DNA of 64,000 bases. Origin: Lentimicrobiaceae bacterium. GTDB taxonomy: Bacteria; Bacteroidota; Bacteroidia; Bacteroidales; Lentimicrobiaceae. The stretch spans positions 132,555 to 196,554 of the forward strand of contig JACJXH010000006.1 of the NCBI GenBank assembly GCA_020636745.1, read 5' to 3'. Below are positions 38,921 to 48,393 of this stretch, one piece after another (position 1 is the stretch's first letter; every line of letters begins with the position of its first letter). A program made the translations under genes and the position numbers. A model generated the notes under the pieces. It was not told where the DNA came from and searched no databases. It was given only the letters and a program-made list of their open reading frames with translations.

Positions 38921-40258
38921 TTAGATGACTCCCTGATCGAGCATAGCGTTAGCCACTTTAAGGAAACCTGCAATGTTAGCACCCTTAACGTAGTTGATAT
39001 ATCCGTCAGCCTGAGTTCCGTATTTAACACACTGCCCATGAATGTTTTTCATGATCTGGTGCAGACGCATATCTACCTCTTCGGAAGCCCAGTTAAGTTT
39101 CATTGAGTTTTGTGACATTTCAAGACCTGAAGTAGCAACACCACCAGCATTAACAGCCTTACCCGGAGCAAACATAACTTTATGTTCCTGGAAAGCTTCA
39201 ATAGCTTCGGGAGTTGAAGGCATATTAGCACCTTCAGCTACACAGTAAACGCCGTTTTTAATAAGAGTGAGGGCGTCTTCCTTGCCAAGTTCGTTCTGGG
39301 TTGCGCAGGGTAATGCAACATCGCATTTAACTTCCCATGGGCGTTTTCCCTGATGGAACTGGGCATTCGGGAATTCGTAAGAATATGGTTTAACGATATC
39401 CTGGTTTGAAGCTCTGAGTTCAAGCAGGTAGTTAATTTTCTCACCTGAAATACCATCTGGATCGTAAATGTATCCGTCAGGTCCTGAAATCGTTACAACT
39501 TTTCCACCAAGTTCATTCACTTTGGTTACTGCACCCCATGCAACATTACCAAAACCACTAACTGCAACAGTTTTACCTACGAAGTCCTGACCTTTGGTTT
39601 TGAGCATTTCCTGAGCAAAATAAACAGCGCCAAATCCTGTAGCTTCAGGTCTGATAAGGCTACCGCCCCAGCTGATTCCTTTACCGGTTAGAACGCCGGT
39701 ATGCTCACGTGCAAGTTTTTTGTACATTCCGTACAGGAAGCCAATTTCGCGTCCACCAACACCTATGTCACCAGCAGGTACATCGGTTTCCGGGCCAATT
39801 ATTTTCCATAATTCCAGCATGAATGACTGGCAAAAACGCATAATTTCGGCATTGGATTTTCCTTTAGGGTCAAAATCGCTGCCACCTTTACCACCACCCA
39901 TAGGCAGTGTGGTAAGGCTGTTCTTGAAAATTTGCTCAAAACCGAGGAATTTCAGGATACTGAGATTCACACTCGGGTGGAAACGAAGTCCGCCTTTGTA
40001 AGGGCCTATTGCGTTGTTGAACTGAACCCTGTAGCCAAGGTTTACATGTACTTTACCATTGTCATCAACCCAGGGCACTTTGAAACTTAAAATACGGTCG
40101 GGCTCAACTATGCGCTCGATTATACTGGCTGTTTCAAATTGAGGGTTCTCATTGTAGATATCTTCAATGGACTCCAGAACTTCGCGTACCGCTTGCAAGT
40201 ACTCAACTTCACCCGGATGTTTTTTTTCCAGGTCGGTCATGATTTTTTCCAGATTCAT
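38921..40258 (-). CDS. gdhA: NAD(P)-specific glutamate dehydrogenase
   Basis: GPYKGGLRFHPSV, MGGGKGGSDFDPKGKS, DVPAGDIGVGGRE, RPEATGFG, GFGNVAWG and EGANMP. Confidence 0.97.
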   Translation of the reverse strand: MNLEKIMTDLEKKHPGEVEYLQAVREVLESIEDIYNENPQFETASIIERIVEPDRILSFKVPWVDDNGKVHVNLGYRVQFNNAIGPYKGGLRFHPSVNLSILKFLGFEQIFKNSLTTLPMGGGKGGSDFDPKGKSNAEIMRFCQSFMLELWKIIGPETDVPAGDIGVGGREIGFLYGMYKKLAREHTGVLTGKGISWGGSLIRPEATGFGAVYFAQEMLKTKGQDFVGKTVAVSGFGNVAWGAVTKVNELGGKVVTISGPDGYIYDPDGISGEKINYLLELRASNQDIVKPYSYEFPNAQFHQGKRPWEVKCDVALPCATQNELGKEDALTLIKNGVYCVAEGANMPSTPEAIEAFQEHKVMFAPGKAVNAGGVATSGLEMSQNSMKLNWASEEVDMRLHQIMKNIHGQCVKYGTQADGYINYVKGANIAGFLKVANAMLDQGVI

Positions 40259-40502
40259 CTTGTGGATGTTTAGGATGATTAATTTATGTGAATTTTGTAA
40301 CAGTGTTAACTAAATAACAGCGCAAATTTATGGGATAAAAAACGAGATTTCCAAATTTCCCAAAACTTATTTTATTGTTTATTTTTTTTGTTTTACACTA
40401 AGTTAATTTTTTCGTTTTCAGATACTTTAGACTAATTCTAAACTTGTGCCTGAGTAAGCTGATTACAAGCACCGAAGAATTCTGCCGCAGATGTTTTTTT
40501 GT

Positions 40503-41153
40503 TTATTCAAAACTTTTGGTTTCAATCAGAATATCGTCTTTATAAATGGATTCCTTAATAAGTTTTCCATTATTGTTATACTCGCGCCCAACACCATTCC
40601 TTTTATTTGATGCATAAGGGACTTCAATCCACAGTTTGCCATTCTGGTGAAACGCCCGTTGCGTTCCATTTCCCTGGTGATAATTGCCGTCGCCTATTCT
40701 GAATCCAAATTCATTGTAATAAGTCCATTTTCCGTCATAAAGCCCCTTTTTATAGCCACCTTCTATTTTAACCACTCCGTTTTCGTGATACATTAAATAG
40801 GTGCCGTCAAGCGTATCGTTGCTGTATGTGCGTTCTTCAATTTTAAGGCCGGAGGTGTTCCAATTGACAGATAGTCCGTTACGAAGACCGTTTTTATACA
40901 TTTCTTCTGCTTCTTTTGAGCCATTGAAATACCAACGTGTGGTTTTTCCTTCCAGCTTATTATTCAGGTAGGAAGCTTCCAGCTGCTTTTTACCGTTGTC
41001 GTAATACCAGGTGCTTACTCCTTGCTGTTTTTTGCCTTTGTACTGCTGAACCGACTTCAGCCGTCCGTCAGGGTAGTATTCTTTTTTTTCTCTTTTGCAG
41101 GAGGTAGTTAGAAACAAGCAGGCCAGGAATGCAAGTAATATTTTTATTTTCAT
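40503..41153 (-). CDS. Lipoprotein with MORN-variant repeats (YwqK-like annotation family)
   Basis: Lipobox FLTTSC; repeated G....(W/Y)Y.NG.(K/L)..E..Y.N units. Confidence 0.85.
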   Translation of the reverse strand: MKIKILLAFLACLFLTTSCKREKKEYYPDGRLKSVQQYKGKKQQGVSTWYYDNGKKQLEASYLNNKLEGKTTRWYFNGSKEAEEMYKNGLRNGLSVNWNTSGLKIEERTYSNDTLDGTYLMYHENGVVKIEGGYKKGLYDGKWTYYNEFGFRIGDGNYHQGNGTQRAFHQNGKLWIEVPYASNKRNGVGREYNNNGKLIKESIYKDDILIETKSFE

Positions 41154-41160
41154 TTTATTT

Positions 41161-43053
41161 TTAGTTTTTACCGACGGGTGCTTCAGCAGTTATTGATAAA
41201 TTTCGGATGGTGAGCTTTTCGCGATTTTTATTCCACACATAAACTTTCATTCTGTTGTGGAGTAATGCTGATGATGGTAACCAGATTGTCTGTCTGACTT
41301 GACCCCAGCTCCCGGGCAGGCAGAAAAGGTTGAACCGGGCACCCAGATAATGTACTGTTTCACCAGCGTCATTGTGAAATGATACAACCAGCACAGATTC
41401 ATTCTGTGGATTTGATGCGAATACTTCTGCTGATGCAACGAGTTGAATGCCGGTTGGTATGGGTAAATCGGCTGGTATTCCTTCATAACCCGGGCTATAT
41501 TCAAGGCTGTCTAATATAAGGTAATTGTCTGGCAGATCTTTGTTTTGTTGTTTTGTTACCCTGAAGAGGGTGTCAGCTTTCGGGCCATGGCACAAATCAT
41601 GCTTACGCTGATATAAAGTAGCTTCTGATAATCCTCCGAAATTGGTATCGGAAAGAATGCATGGGAAGCGGGCTTGAATCATGTCCTTAATCTCTAACGG
41701 AACTGGTTTGGTCCAGGCATACATGAAATATTCTGTCCGGCACTGATTAAGAATAGTTGAAAGGCTGTCGAGATATGTACCGCCTCTGTTGTCATATTGC
41801 TCGAATGTTGTTTTGCCTTGAGGCGTTTGTAAGAGATAATAATCGATATACCATGGGTTATTTACGCTGATAGCCCTGGTTATTTTATCCTGCCCGAATT
41901 GCTGATTCCATCCGGCTATAGTTTGTGCTATGCCCCTGAACTCGCCAAAATGCTGGCTGGTGTAATAATTATTTCCTGCAATGGTTTGTGAAGTGCCGCT
42001 GATTAATACAACAAGCACCAACTGATTTAAGCGCCTGGCCGATATTTTCTCTGTAAAGGAGAACAGCAGCGCCAGAAAAAATGGAAAGGAAAATATTAGG
42101 ACACTGTGTTGCAATACCGGATTCACATAGCGTGAATAAAAAAATCCGACCAGGAAAGGTAGGATAAAAAACAACAACGCAAACAGGTGGAATTTAGTTG
42201 GTTTGATAAATTGACCGGAAAAGAGAAATAATACTGCCATGGATACTGCTACGATCAATAACATGATAATGGAATCGTTAAACACATAAAAAATATGTTT
42301 AAACAGCCAGGCCGTTTCAGGTTTGTCGAGCCACTGACCAACACCGCCGATGCTTAAATGGTTGAGCGTTATGTAAATATGAGGAGAGAACAGGGCGGCA
42401 GCCAGTAAGCCGGCCAGCAGATAATGTATTATTCTGTCTTTTTTTAAATAGAACAGTCCCGTTATTCCAATTATTAAAGCCAGTAAAAAGCTGAAATAAT
42501 GATTATACATGCAGGCTGCAGCGGCAAGTGCATATGCCAACGCATCACGTTTCAAAGGTTTTTCGTCAAACAACAATTTTGTCCAGTACCAGGTCATGAT
42601 CAGGCTGAAAAGTAATCCTGAGCCATAAGGGCGGGCAATCTGGCTGTATAGCAGAGGAAATTGAAGAAATGCAATAAAAGCGCCGGTTAATAAGCCCGCC
42701 GCCGGGTTGAACCACCTTGTAAACAGCCTGATGGCCATGAAAGTGGCTAATACTCCACCCAGTGCAAAGGGTAAGCGGACAGCCGTTTCACTCATGCCGA
42801 AAAGTTTTACCCAGTAGTAAAGAAATACCTGAATTCCTCCGGGGTGGCCATCAACATAAAAACCTTTAGACACCAATTCGCTGAATGAACTGTAGCGGAC
42901 TCTTAGTAAGGCACTTAACTCATCGTTTGAGTAAGAAAAATTAAGTCCGGTTAAACGCAAAGCAGCCGCAACTATCAGTATGGCAATTACAGATAACCAA
43001 TAATTGTTCAGTTTGCTTTTTAACAATGAAGTCAGGTGTTCCGGAAGTTTCAT
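41161..43053 (-). CDS. GT-C fold glycosyltransferase (family 39 / ArnT-PMT-like)
   Basis: SYSNDE, DGHPGG, RLPFAL.G and YSQIARPYG; many TM segments plus a periplasmic C-terminal domain. Confidence 0.85.
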   Translation of the reverse strand: MKLPEHLTSLLKSKLNNYWLSVIAILIVAAALRLTGLNFSYSNDELSALLRVRYSSFSELVSKGFYVDGHPGGIQVFLYYWVKLFGMSETAVRLPFALGGVLATFMAIRLFTRWFNPAAGLLTGAFIAFLQFPLLYSQIARPYGSGLLFSLIMTWYWTKLLFDEKPLKRDALAYALAAAACMYNHYFSFLLALIIGITGLFYLKKDRIIHYLLAGLLAAALFSPHIYITLNHLSIGGVGQWLDKPETAWLFKHIFYVFNDSIIMLLIVAVSMAVLFLFSGQFIKPTKFHLFALLFFILPFLVGFFYSRYVNPVLQHSVLIFSFPFFLALLFSFTEKISARRLNQLVLVVLISGTSQTIAGNNYYTSQHFGEFRGIAQTIAGWNQQFGQDKITRAISVNNPWYIDYYLLQTPQGKTTFEQYDNRGGTYLDSLSTILNQCRTEYFMYAWTKPVPLEIKDMIQARFPCILSDTNFGGLSEATLYQRKHDLCHGPKADTLFRVTKQQNKDLPDNYLILDSLEYSPGYEGIPADLPIPTGIQLVASAEVFASNPQNESVLVVSFHNDAGETVHYLGARFNLFCLPGSWGQVRQTIWLPSSALLHNRMKVYVWNKNREKLTIRNLSITAEAPVGKN

Positions 43054-43080
43054 ATTGAGAATGAGCGTATAAGGGATAAT

Positions 43081-43821
43081 TTAGGTATTGCTGTGTTGCT
43101 TTACAACCTCAAAAAGCAGGATTCCGGCTGCAACCGAAACGTTTAATGAACCAATTGTCCCGCGCATCGGAATATTCAAAACTTCATCGCACCGGCGAAG
43201 ATATTCGCCTGAAACACCATCTTCTTCTGAGCCCATGATGATGGCAAGCGGTCCGGTTAAGTCGGTATCATAATAATTTGATTTGCCTTTTTCAGAGGCG
43301 GCAACTATTTTCAAGCCGCTCTGCTTTAGGTAATCTATTGTATTTTTCAGGTTGGAGCTTCTGTGAACCGGAATGCTGTTGAGCGCTCCTGCTGAGGCTT
43401 TCATGGCATCGGCACTGATAGGAGCGCCGCCTTTTTCCGGAATAATCAAACCATGTGCACCCGCGCATTCAGCTGTGCGGGCAATGGCTCCCATATTTCT
43501 GACATCGGTAATTCTGTCAAGAATAATAAAAAGAGGTGTTTCCCCTTTGTCGAAAACAGAAAGCAGTAAATTTTCAATGGGTTGAAAAATGACCGGAGAA
43601 ACAAAGCAGACAACCCCCTGATGATTGCCGCGTACAAGCCGGTTAAGCTTTTCTATGGGTACATATTGATAAGGAATGTTGTTTTCGTTGATGAGTTTTC
43701 GGAGCTCAGGAACAAGTTCGCCTTTAAGCCCCTGTTGTAACATCAGTTTGTCAATTTCTTTACCGGCAGCAATGGCCTCTATGACCGGACGCATGCCATA
43801 TAACATGTTGTTGTCTTTCAT
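43081..43821 (-). CDS. rlmB: 23S rRNA (guanosine2251-2'-O)-methyltransferase
   Basis: YGMRPVIEA, NHQGVV, ILDRITDVRNMGAIARTA, IMGSEEDG and SLNVSVAAGILLFE. Confidence 0.95.
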   Translation of the reverse strand: MKDNNMLYGMRPVIEAIAAGKEIDKLMLQQGLKGELVPELRKLINENNIPYQYVPIEKLNRLVRGNHQGVVCFVSPVIFQPIENLLLSVFDKGETPLFIILDRITDVRNMGAIARTAECAGAHGLIIPEKGGAPISADAMKASAGALNSIPVHRSSNLKNTIDYLKQSGLKIVAASEKGKSNYYDTDLTGPLAIIMGSEEDGVSGEYLRRCDEVLNIPMRGTIGSLNVSVAAGILLFEVVKQHSNT

Positions 43822-44032
43822 TATTGAGTCTTGATTCTGTTTTCAGACTGCAAATATATACTTTTAAGAAGTGTGAGGCGCTTTAGGATTAATCGCTTGC
43901 ATGAATGAGATTACTTCTCTACTTTTGTTAGAAAACCTGATAATCATACTAAGCTTTTATTGATGCGGTAAATCAGTATTCTACCATTTATCCTGAGCTA
44001 TTTCAACAAAAAATTCAGAAGGTTCTTTTATT

Positions 44033-47000
44033 ATGCAAAAATTCCTGGTTTATAAATCTTCTGCCGGATCTGGCAAAACATATACACTGATGCTTGTTTA
44101 TCTGAGCATTGTTTTAAAAGAGCCTGCCAGGTTCAGAAATATTCTGGCCATTACCTTTACAAATAAAGCCGCCAATGAGATAAAACAGCGTATTGTTTCC
44201 AGTCTTAAAATTATCATTGAGATGCAATCAGAACCAACGGAAGGAAAATTGGTTCATCTCATTCAATCTCTTCAACAGCGCACTGAACTTCCATTTGAAG
44301 AATTGCGTGCAAATGCCGGAAAGGTGCTCTCGCTTATTTTGCATAACTATGGCGATTTTGCGGTTTCAACCATTGATAGTTTTATGCATCGTATTATCAG
44401 GGCATTCTCATTTGACCTGAAGCTTGCAATGAATTTTGAAGTAGAGATGAATACCGATTTGTTGCTTGCCAACACCGTTGATGCACTTTTAGCTGATGTA
44501 GGAAAAAATGAGCAATTGACTCAAGTGCTTGTTAAGTTTGTACGTGAGCGTGCCGAAGAAGATGAAAGCTGGCAAATTGATCGTGATTTGCAATCTTTTG
44601 CCGATAATCTTTTTAACGAAGATGCTATTGATTTTCTGAAACCAGCCGGCGAATTTTCGGCCGATAATCTTGATTCGCTCAGGAAAAAGTTAACTCAGTT
44701 TCTATTCGATTACAAGGAAGAAATTGTTAATCTGGCCACTGATGCAATGAAATTAATAGAAGCACATGGCATTGATCCTGATTTATTTTCGAGAGGGAAT
44801 ACGGGTATCTATAATTATTTTAAAAAACTGAGTCAGGGGTTTATTAAAACAGAAGTAAATTCCTATGTGGCCAAAACCATAAATGATGGAGTCTGGCTTA
44901 GTGCAAAAGGGCAAAAGAGTGCTCAGGGACAGGCTGTTCTTTCTATTGCAGATGATTTACTGGGATATTTTAAAAGTATTGAAGCGGTCAGGCAAAAAGA
45001 CTCAGGCAGATATGAACTTTATCTTAATCTGCGCAGAAACCTTTATCCAATGGCTGTTTTGGGCGAGCTCAGCAACAGGCTTCAAAATGTAAAAAAAGAT
45101 TTAAATGTGGTTTCCATTGCAGAATTTAACCGCATTATTTCTTCTATCGTTATGAATGAGCCTGTGCCATTTATTTATGAACGTACAGGCGAAAAATATC
45201 GCCATTACCTGATTGATGAGTTTCAGGATACTTCAGTTTTACAGTGGAACAACCTTCTGCCGCTTATCGATAATTCATTGTCGCATGGGGCTTTAAATAT
45301 GATAGTCGGAGATGGAAAACAGGCTATTTATAGGTTTCGCAACGGAGAAGTTGAACAGTTTGTAAAATTGCCTGAAGTGGATAACCCATCAGGAAGCGAA
45401 GTGCTTAGTCAGAGGTCTAAATCGCTTGAACGCGAATATTTACCTAGTGTTTTGGATTCCAACTTCAGATCAAAATGCGAGATTGTTGACTTTAACAACA
45501 GTTTTTTCAATTTTTCATCGAAAAGCTTTCTTCCTGAATATAGCCAGGTGTATGAGGACTCAGCGCAGAAGTCAGACCCTCTCAATAATGGCGGGCAGGT
45601 TCAGATTGAATTTTTTGATGGTGATAAAAAGGAGTTTTCGGCATATAATTGCCGCAGGGCATATGAATTAATTGATGAGTTGAAGGATTCGGGTTATTCC
45701 CCGGGAGATATAACCATATTGTGTCGTTCAAATAAGGACTCATCGCAAATGGCCGCTTATCTTAATTCACAGGGAGTAAAAGTGGTTTCTTCTGATAGTC
45801 TGTTGCTTCGTCATTCACCTGAAGTGAATTTTATGATGAACTGGCTGACCCTGATGACTGACCCCGAAAATGTGATTGTTCGCTCTGCAATTGCTATGTA
45901 CCTGTTTAATCATCCTGCTGATTCAGCAAATACGCTGCATACAAATCTTCAAAAGGCTTTGGATATTTCAGGATTTTACAAATTGCTTGAAGAGAATGGA
46001 TACCGGGTTTCTTTCATAAACTTCGGGCAAATGTCACTTTATGATACTTGTGAAGAACTCATCCGGATTTTCGGGCTACACCTTAAATCACCGGTGTATA
46101 TGCAATTTTTCCTTGATGAAATTCTCTCTTTTACATCAGGAAAAATGGCTGGAGCTGTTGAATTTCTTGAGCATTGGGAACAGAAAAAGAATAAACTGTC
46201 GGTTGTACTGCCATTATCTGATGATGCTGTTCAGATTATGACCATTCATAAGTCAAAAGGACTTGAATTTCCTGTGGTAATTTATGCTTTTGCTGATGAT
46301 GCTTATAAGTTGACAAAAAAATCAGCATGGGTTAATCTGAATGACCCATTGCTGACCGAAATGCCGGTAGCAATGCTCAAACTGGATAAGTCGTTGGAAA
46401 AGACTGATTTTGCAAGTCTTTATACAAAAGAAGACCAGAAGTCGCGACTTGATTTGATGAATATGGTATATGTGGCTTTTACACGGCCGGCTGAAAGATT
46501 ATATGTACTTACTGGAAAAATCCCCGAAAAGGAAACTGAAAAGGAAGTCAGAAGTTTGACAGCATTAATTGTTGATTTTTTAAAAGCTGCCGGGCTGTTT
46601 GAAGTTTCAAAACTGAGGTACACTTTTGGTGATTCAGGCGTTGTAGTCCAGGAATCAAACAATGTTTCAGGAAGTAATGGACTGGAGTGTGAATTTTTGT
46701 CAAGTAATTGGCAACAACGATTGGTTTTTGCAGGAAGAGCTCCTCAAATTTGGCAATCGTCTACTCCTGAAAGTGCGCAATTGTCCGGCAATTTGCTTCA
46801 CAAGGCCCTTGCCGGAATTATTTACCCGTCAGATCTCGATAAAACGATAAATAAATTACTGAACGAAGGCGTAATCGTTCCTGAAGAAGTTCAGGTTTTG
46901 CGACATCGGCTTGGGCTGGTGTTGAGTCATCCTGATGTCGCCCGTTTTTTTGGACAGGAAGGAAAAATCGCAGTTGAGACTGAAATTCTTGCTCCGGGAG

Positions 47001-47206
47001 GTAAAAGTTACAGGCCCGACAGAGTTGTTTTTCTGCAAAATGAAACGCATGTGGTTGATTACAAGGCAGGAGCGCCGGTTCAATCGCATAAAGGCCAGGT
47101 GCTCAAATATGCTTCTCTTCTTGAGGGTATGGGTTATCCGCGTGTGAGAGCCTGGTTAGTATATCTGAATCAGCCTGTCGAGGTTATTGAAATGGTAAAT
47201 GGCTGA
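44033..47206 (+). CDS. UvrD/AddA-like ATP-dependent helicase-nuclease
   Basis: SSAGSGKT, AITFTNKAANEIKQR, IDEFQDTS, VGDGKQAIYRFRNG, IMTIHKSKGLEFP and YVAFTRP; C-terminal PD-(D/E)xK nuclease RPDRVV...VVDYK. Confidence 0.92.
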   Translation: MQKFLVYKSSAGSGKTYTLMLVYLSIVLKEPARFRNILAITFTNKAANEIKQRIVSSLKIIIEMQSEPTEGKLVHLIQSLQQRTELPFEELRANAGKVLSLILHNYGDFAVSTIDSFMHRIIRAFSFDLKLAMNFEVEMNTDLLLANTVDALLADVGKNEQLTQVLVKFVRERAEEDESWQIDRDLQSFADNLFNEDAIDFLKPAGEFSADNLDSLRKKLTQFLFDYKEEIVNLATDAMKLIEAHGIDPDLFSRGNTGIYNYFKKLSQGFIKTEVNSYVAKTINDGVWLSAKGQKSAQGQAVLSIADDLLGYFKSIEAVRQKDSGRYELYLNLRRNLYPMAVLGELSNRLQNVKKDLNVVSIAEFNRIISSIVMNEPVPFIYERTGEKYRHYLIDEFQDTSVLQWNNLLPLIDNSLSHGALNMIVGDGKQAIYRFRNGEVEQFVKLPEVDNPSGSEVLSQRSKSLEREYLPSVLDSNFRSKCEIVDFNNSFFNFSSKSFLPEYSQVYEDSAQKSDPLNNGGQVQIEFFDGDKKEFSAYNCRRAYELIDELKDSGYSPGDITILCRSNKDSSQMAAYLNSQGVKVVSSDSLLLRHSPEVNFMMNWLTLMTDPENVIVRSAIAMYLFNHPADSANTLHTNLQKALDISGFYKLLEENGYRVSFINFGQMSLYDTCEELIRIFGLHLKSPVYMQFFLDEILSFTSGKMAGAVEFLEHWEQKKNKLSVVLPLSDDAVQIMTIHKSKGLEFPVVIYAFADDAYKLTKKSAWVNLNDPLLTEMPVAMLKLDKSLEKTDFASLYTKEDQKSRLDLMNMVYVAFTRPAERLYVLTGKIPEKETEKEVRSLTALIVDFLKAAGLFEVSKLRYTFGDSGVVVQESNNVSGSNGLECEFLSSNWQQRLVFAGRAPQIWQSSTPESAQLSGNLLHKALAGIIYPSDLDKTINKLLNEGVIVPEEVQVLRHRLGLVLSHPDVARFFGQEGKIAVETEILAPGGKSYRPDRVVFLQNETHVVDYKAGAPVQSHKGQVLKYASLLEGMGYPRVRAWLVYLNQPVEVIEMVNG

Positions 47207-47286
47207 ACAAAATTGAGCTATTTTTAGTATACAATGAGTTTTGATTGTTTTCATTCGCCGGTTTTAATAATTGATACCTTTGCGCT

Positions 47287-48336
47287 ATGGTGATGAAAAT
47301 AGATGCTTCACGGTTATATGAGCTGAAGGTTGCGCTTCCATTGATTGATGTGCGCTCTCCGCTTGAGTTCGAACAGGGGCATATTCCCGGCGCTGTAAAC
47401 ATTCCTTTGTTCAGCAATGAAGAGCGGGCTAAAGTTGGTACGCTTTATCATAATGCGGGTCGCGAGGCCGCCTTGTTGCTGGGCCTTGATTTTGTTGGAC
47501 CGCAAATGTCGGGGTTTGTCAAAAAGCTCAACGGACTTTGTCATCATAAACCCAAAGAGGTTATTGTTTATTGCTGGAGGGGCGGGATGCGAAGTGGTTC
47601 AATGGCCTGGCTTTTCAGTACTGCTGGCTTTAAAGTACATCTTCTTGAAGGAGGTTACAAGGCTTACAGGGCTTTCATTCGTGAATTGTCCGGTGCTGGT
47701 AAGCCCATTGTCGTATTGGGCGGAATGACAGGTTCAGGCAAAACTGAGATTTTGCATAAGCTGCAGGAGAAAGGCGAACAGATAATTGATCTGGAACGAT
47801 TAGCCTGCAATAAAGGTTCTGTTTTTGGGTATCTTGGACAGCCGGTTCAACCAACTAACGAACAGTTTGAAAACGACTTGTTTGAAGCATGGAATAAACT
47901 TGACTCAACAAAACCGGTATGGATTGAAGATGAAAGCCGTTCAATAGGTGCTGTGGGTATTCCCGGGCCGTTTTTTGAACGTATGAAATTATCGCCCATG
48001 TTAATGATTGATGTGCCTCCGCAAGTAAGGGTTCAGCGGCTTGTTCATGAGTATGCGGTGTTTGACAAGGCATTGCTTGCCAATGCTCTTATAAAAATTG
48101 CACAGCCTCTCGGAGGGCTTGTTTATAATGAGGCATTGGTTGCCATCGAAGAATGCCGGTTTGCCGAAGCCATAAACCTTGTTTTGGGGTATTATGATAA
48201 AACCTACCGGAAAGCTCTTCAAAAGTTTGTCAATCGCGAAATTTTTGAAGTTAAAACTGATACCGGCGATGCAAATATAAATGCCGGATTATTATTAAAG
48301 ACTAAACCAAACATGATCAAAGTGCCCTTTTTGTAA
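47287..48336 (+). CDS. mnmH: tRNA 2-selenouridine synthase (rhodanese + P-loop)
   Basis: IDVRSP.EF..GHIPGAVNIPLF, YCWRGGMRS, LEGGYKAYR, GMTGSGKT, IDLE.LA..KGS.FG and EDESR.IG. Confidence 0.95.
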   Translation: MVMKIDASRLYELKVALPLIDVRSPLEFEQGHIPGAVNIPLFSNEERAKVGTLYHNAGREAALLLGLDFVGPQMSGFVKKLNGLCHHKPKEVIVYCWRGGMRSGSMAWLFSTAGFKVHLLEGGYKAYRAFIRELSGAGKPIVVLGGMTGSGKTEILHKLQEKGEQIIDLERLACNKGSVFGYLGQPVQPTNEQFENDLFEAWNKLDSTKPVWIEDESRSIGAVGIPGPFFERMKLSPMLMIDVPPQVRVQRLVHEYAVFDKALLANALIKIAQPLGGLVYNEALVAIEECRFAEAINLVLGYYDKTYRKALQKFVNREIFEVKTDTGDANINAGLLLKTKPNMIKVPFL

Positions 48337-48393
48337 TTCACATTCTAAAGGGCGAAATCATTTTTATTATTTATAGCTTTCAGATCTTTTTCT

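Noticed and set aside
40503-41153. Toxin-antitoxin system implied by the YwqK-like repeats
   Set aside because: The protein is a MORN-repeat lipoprotein in an rlmB/glycosyltransferase operon with no adjacent toxin gene.
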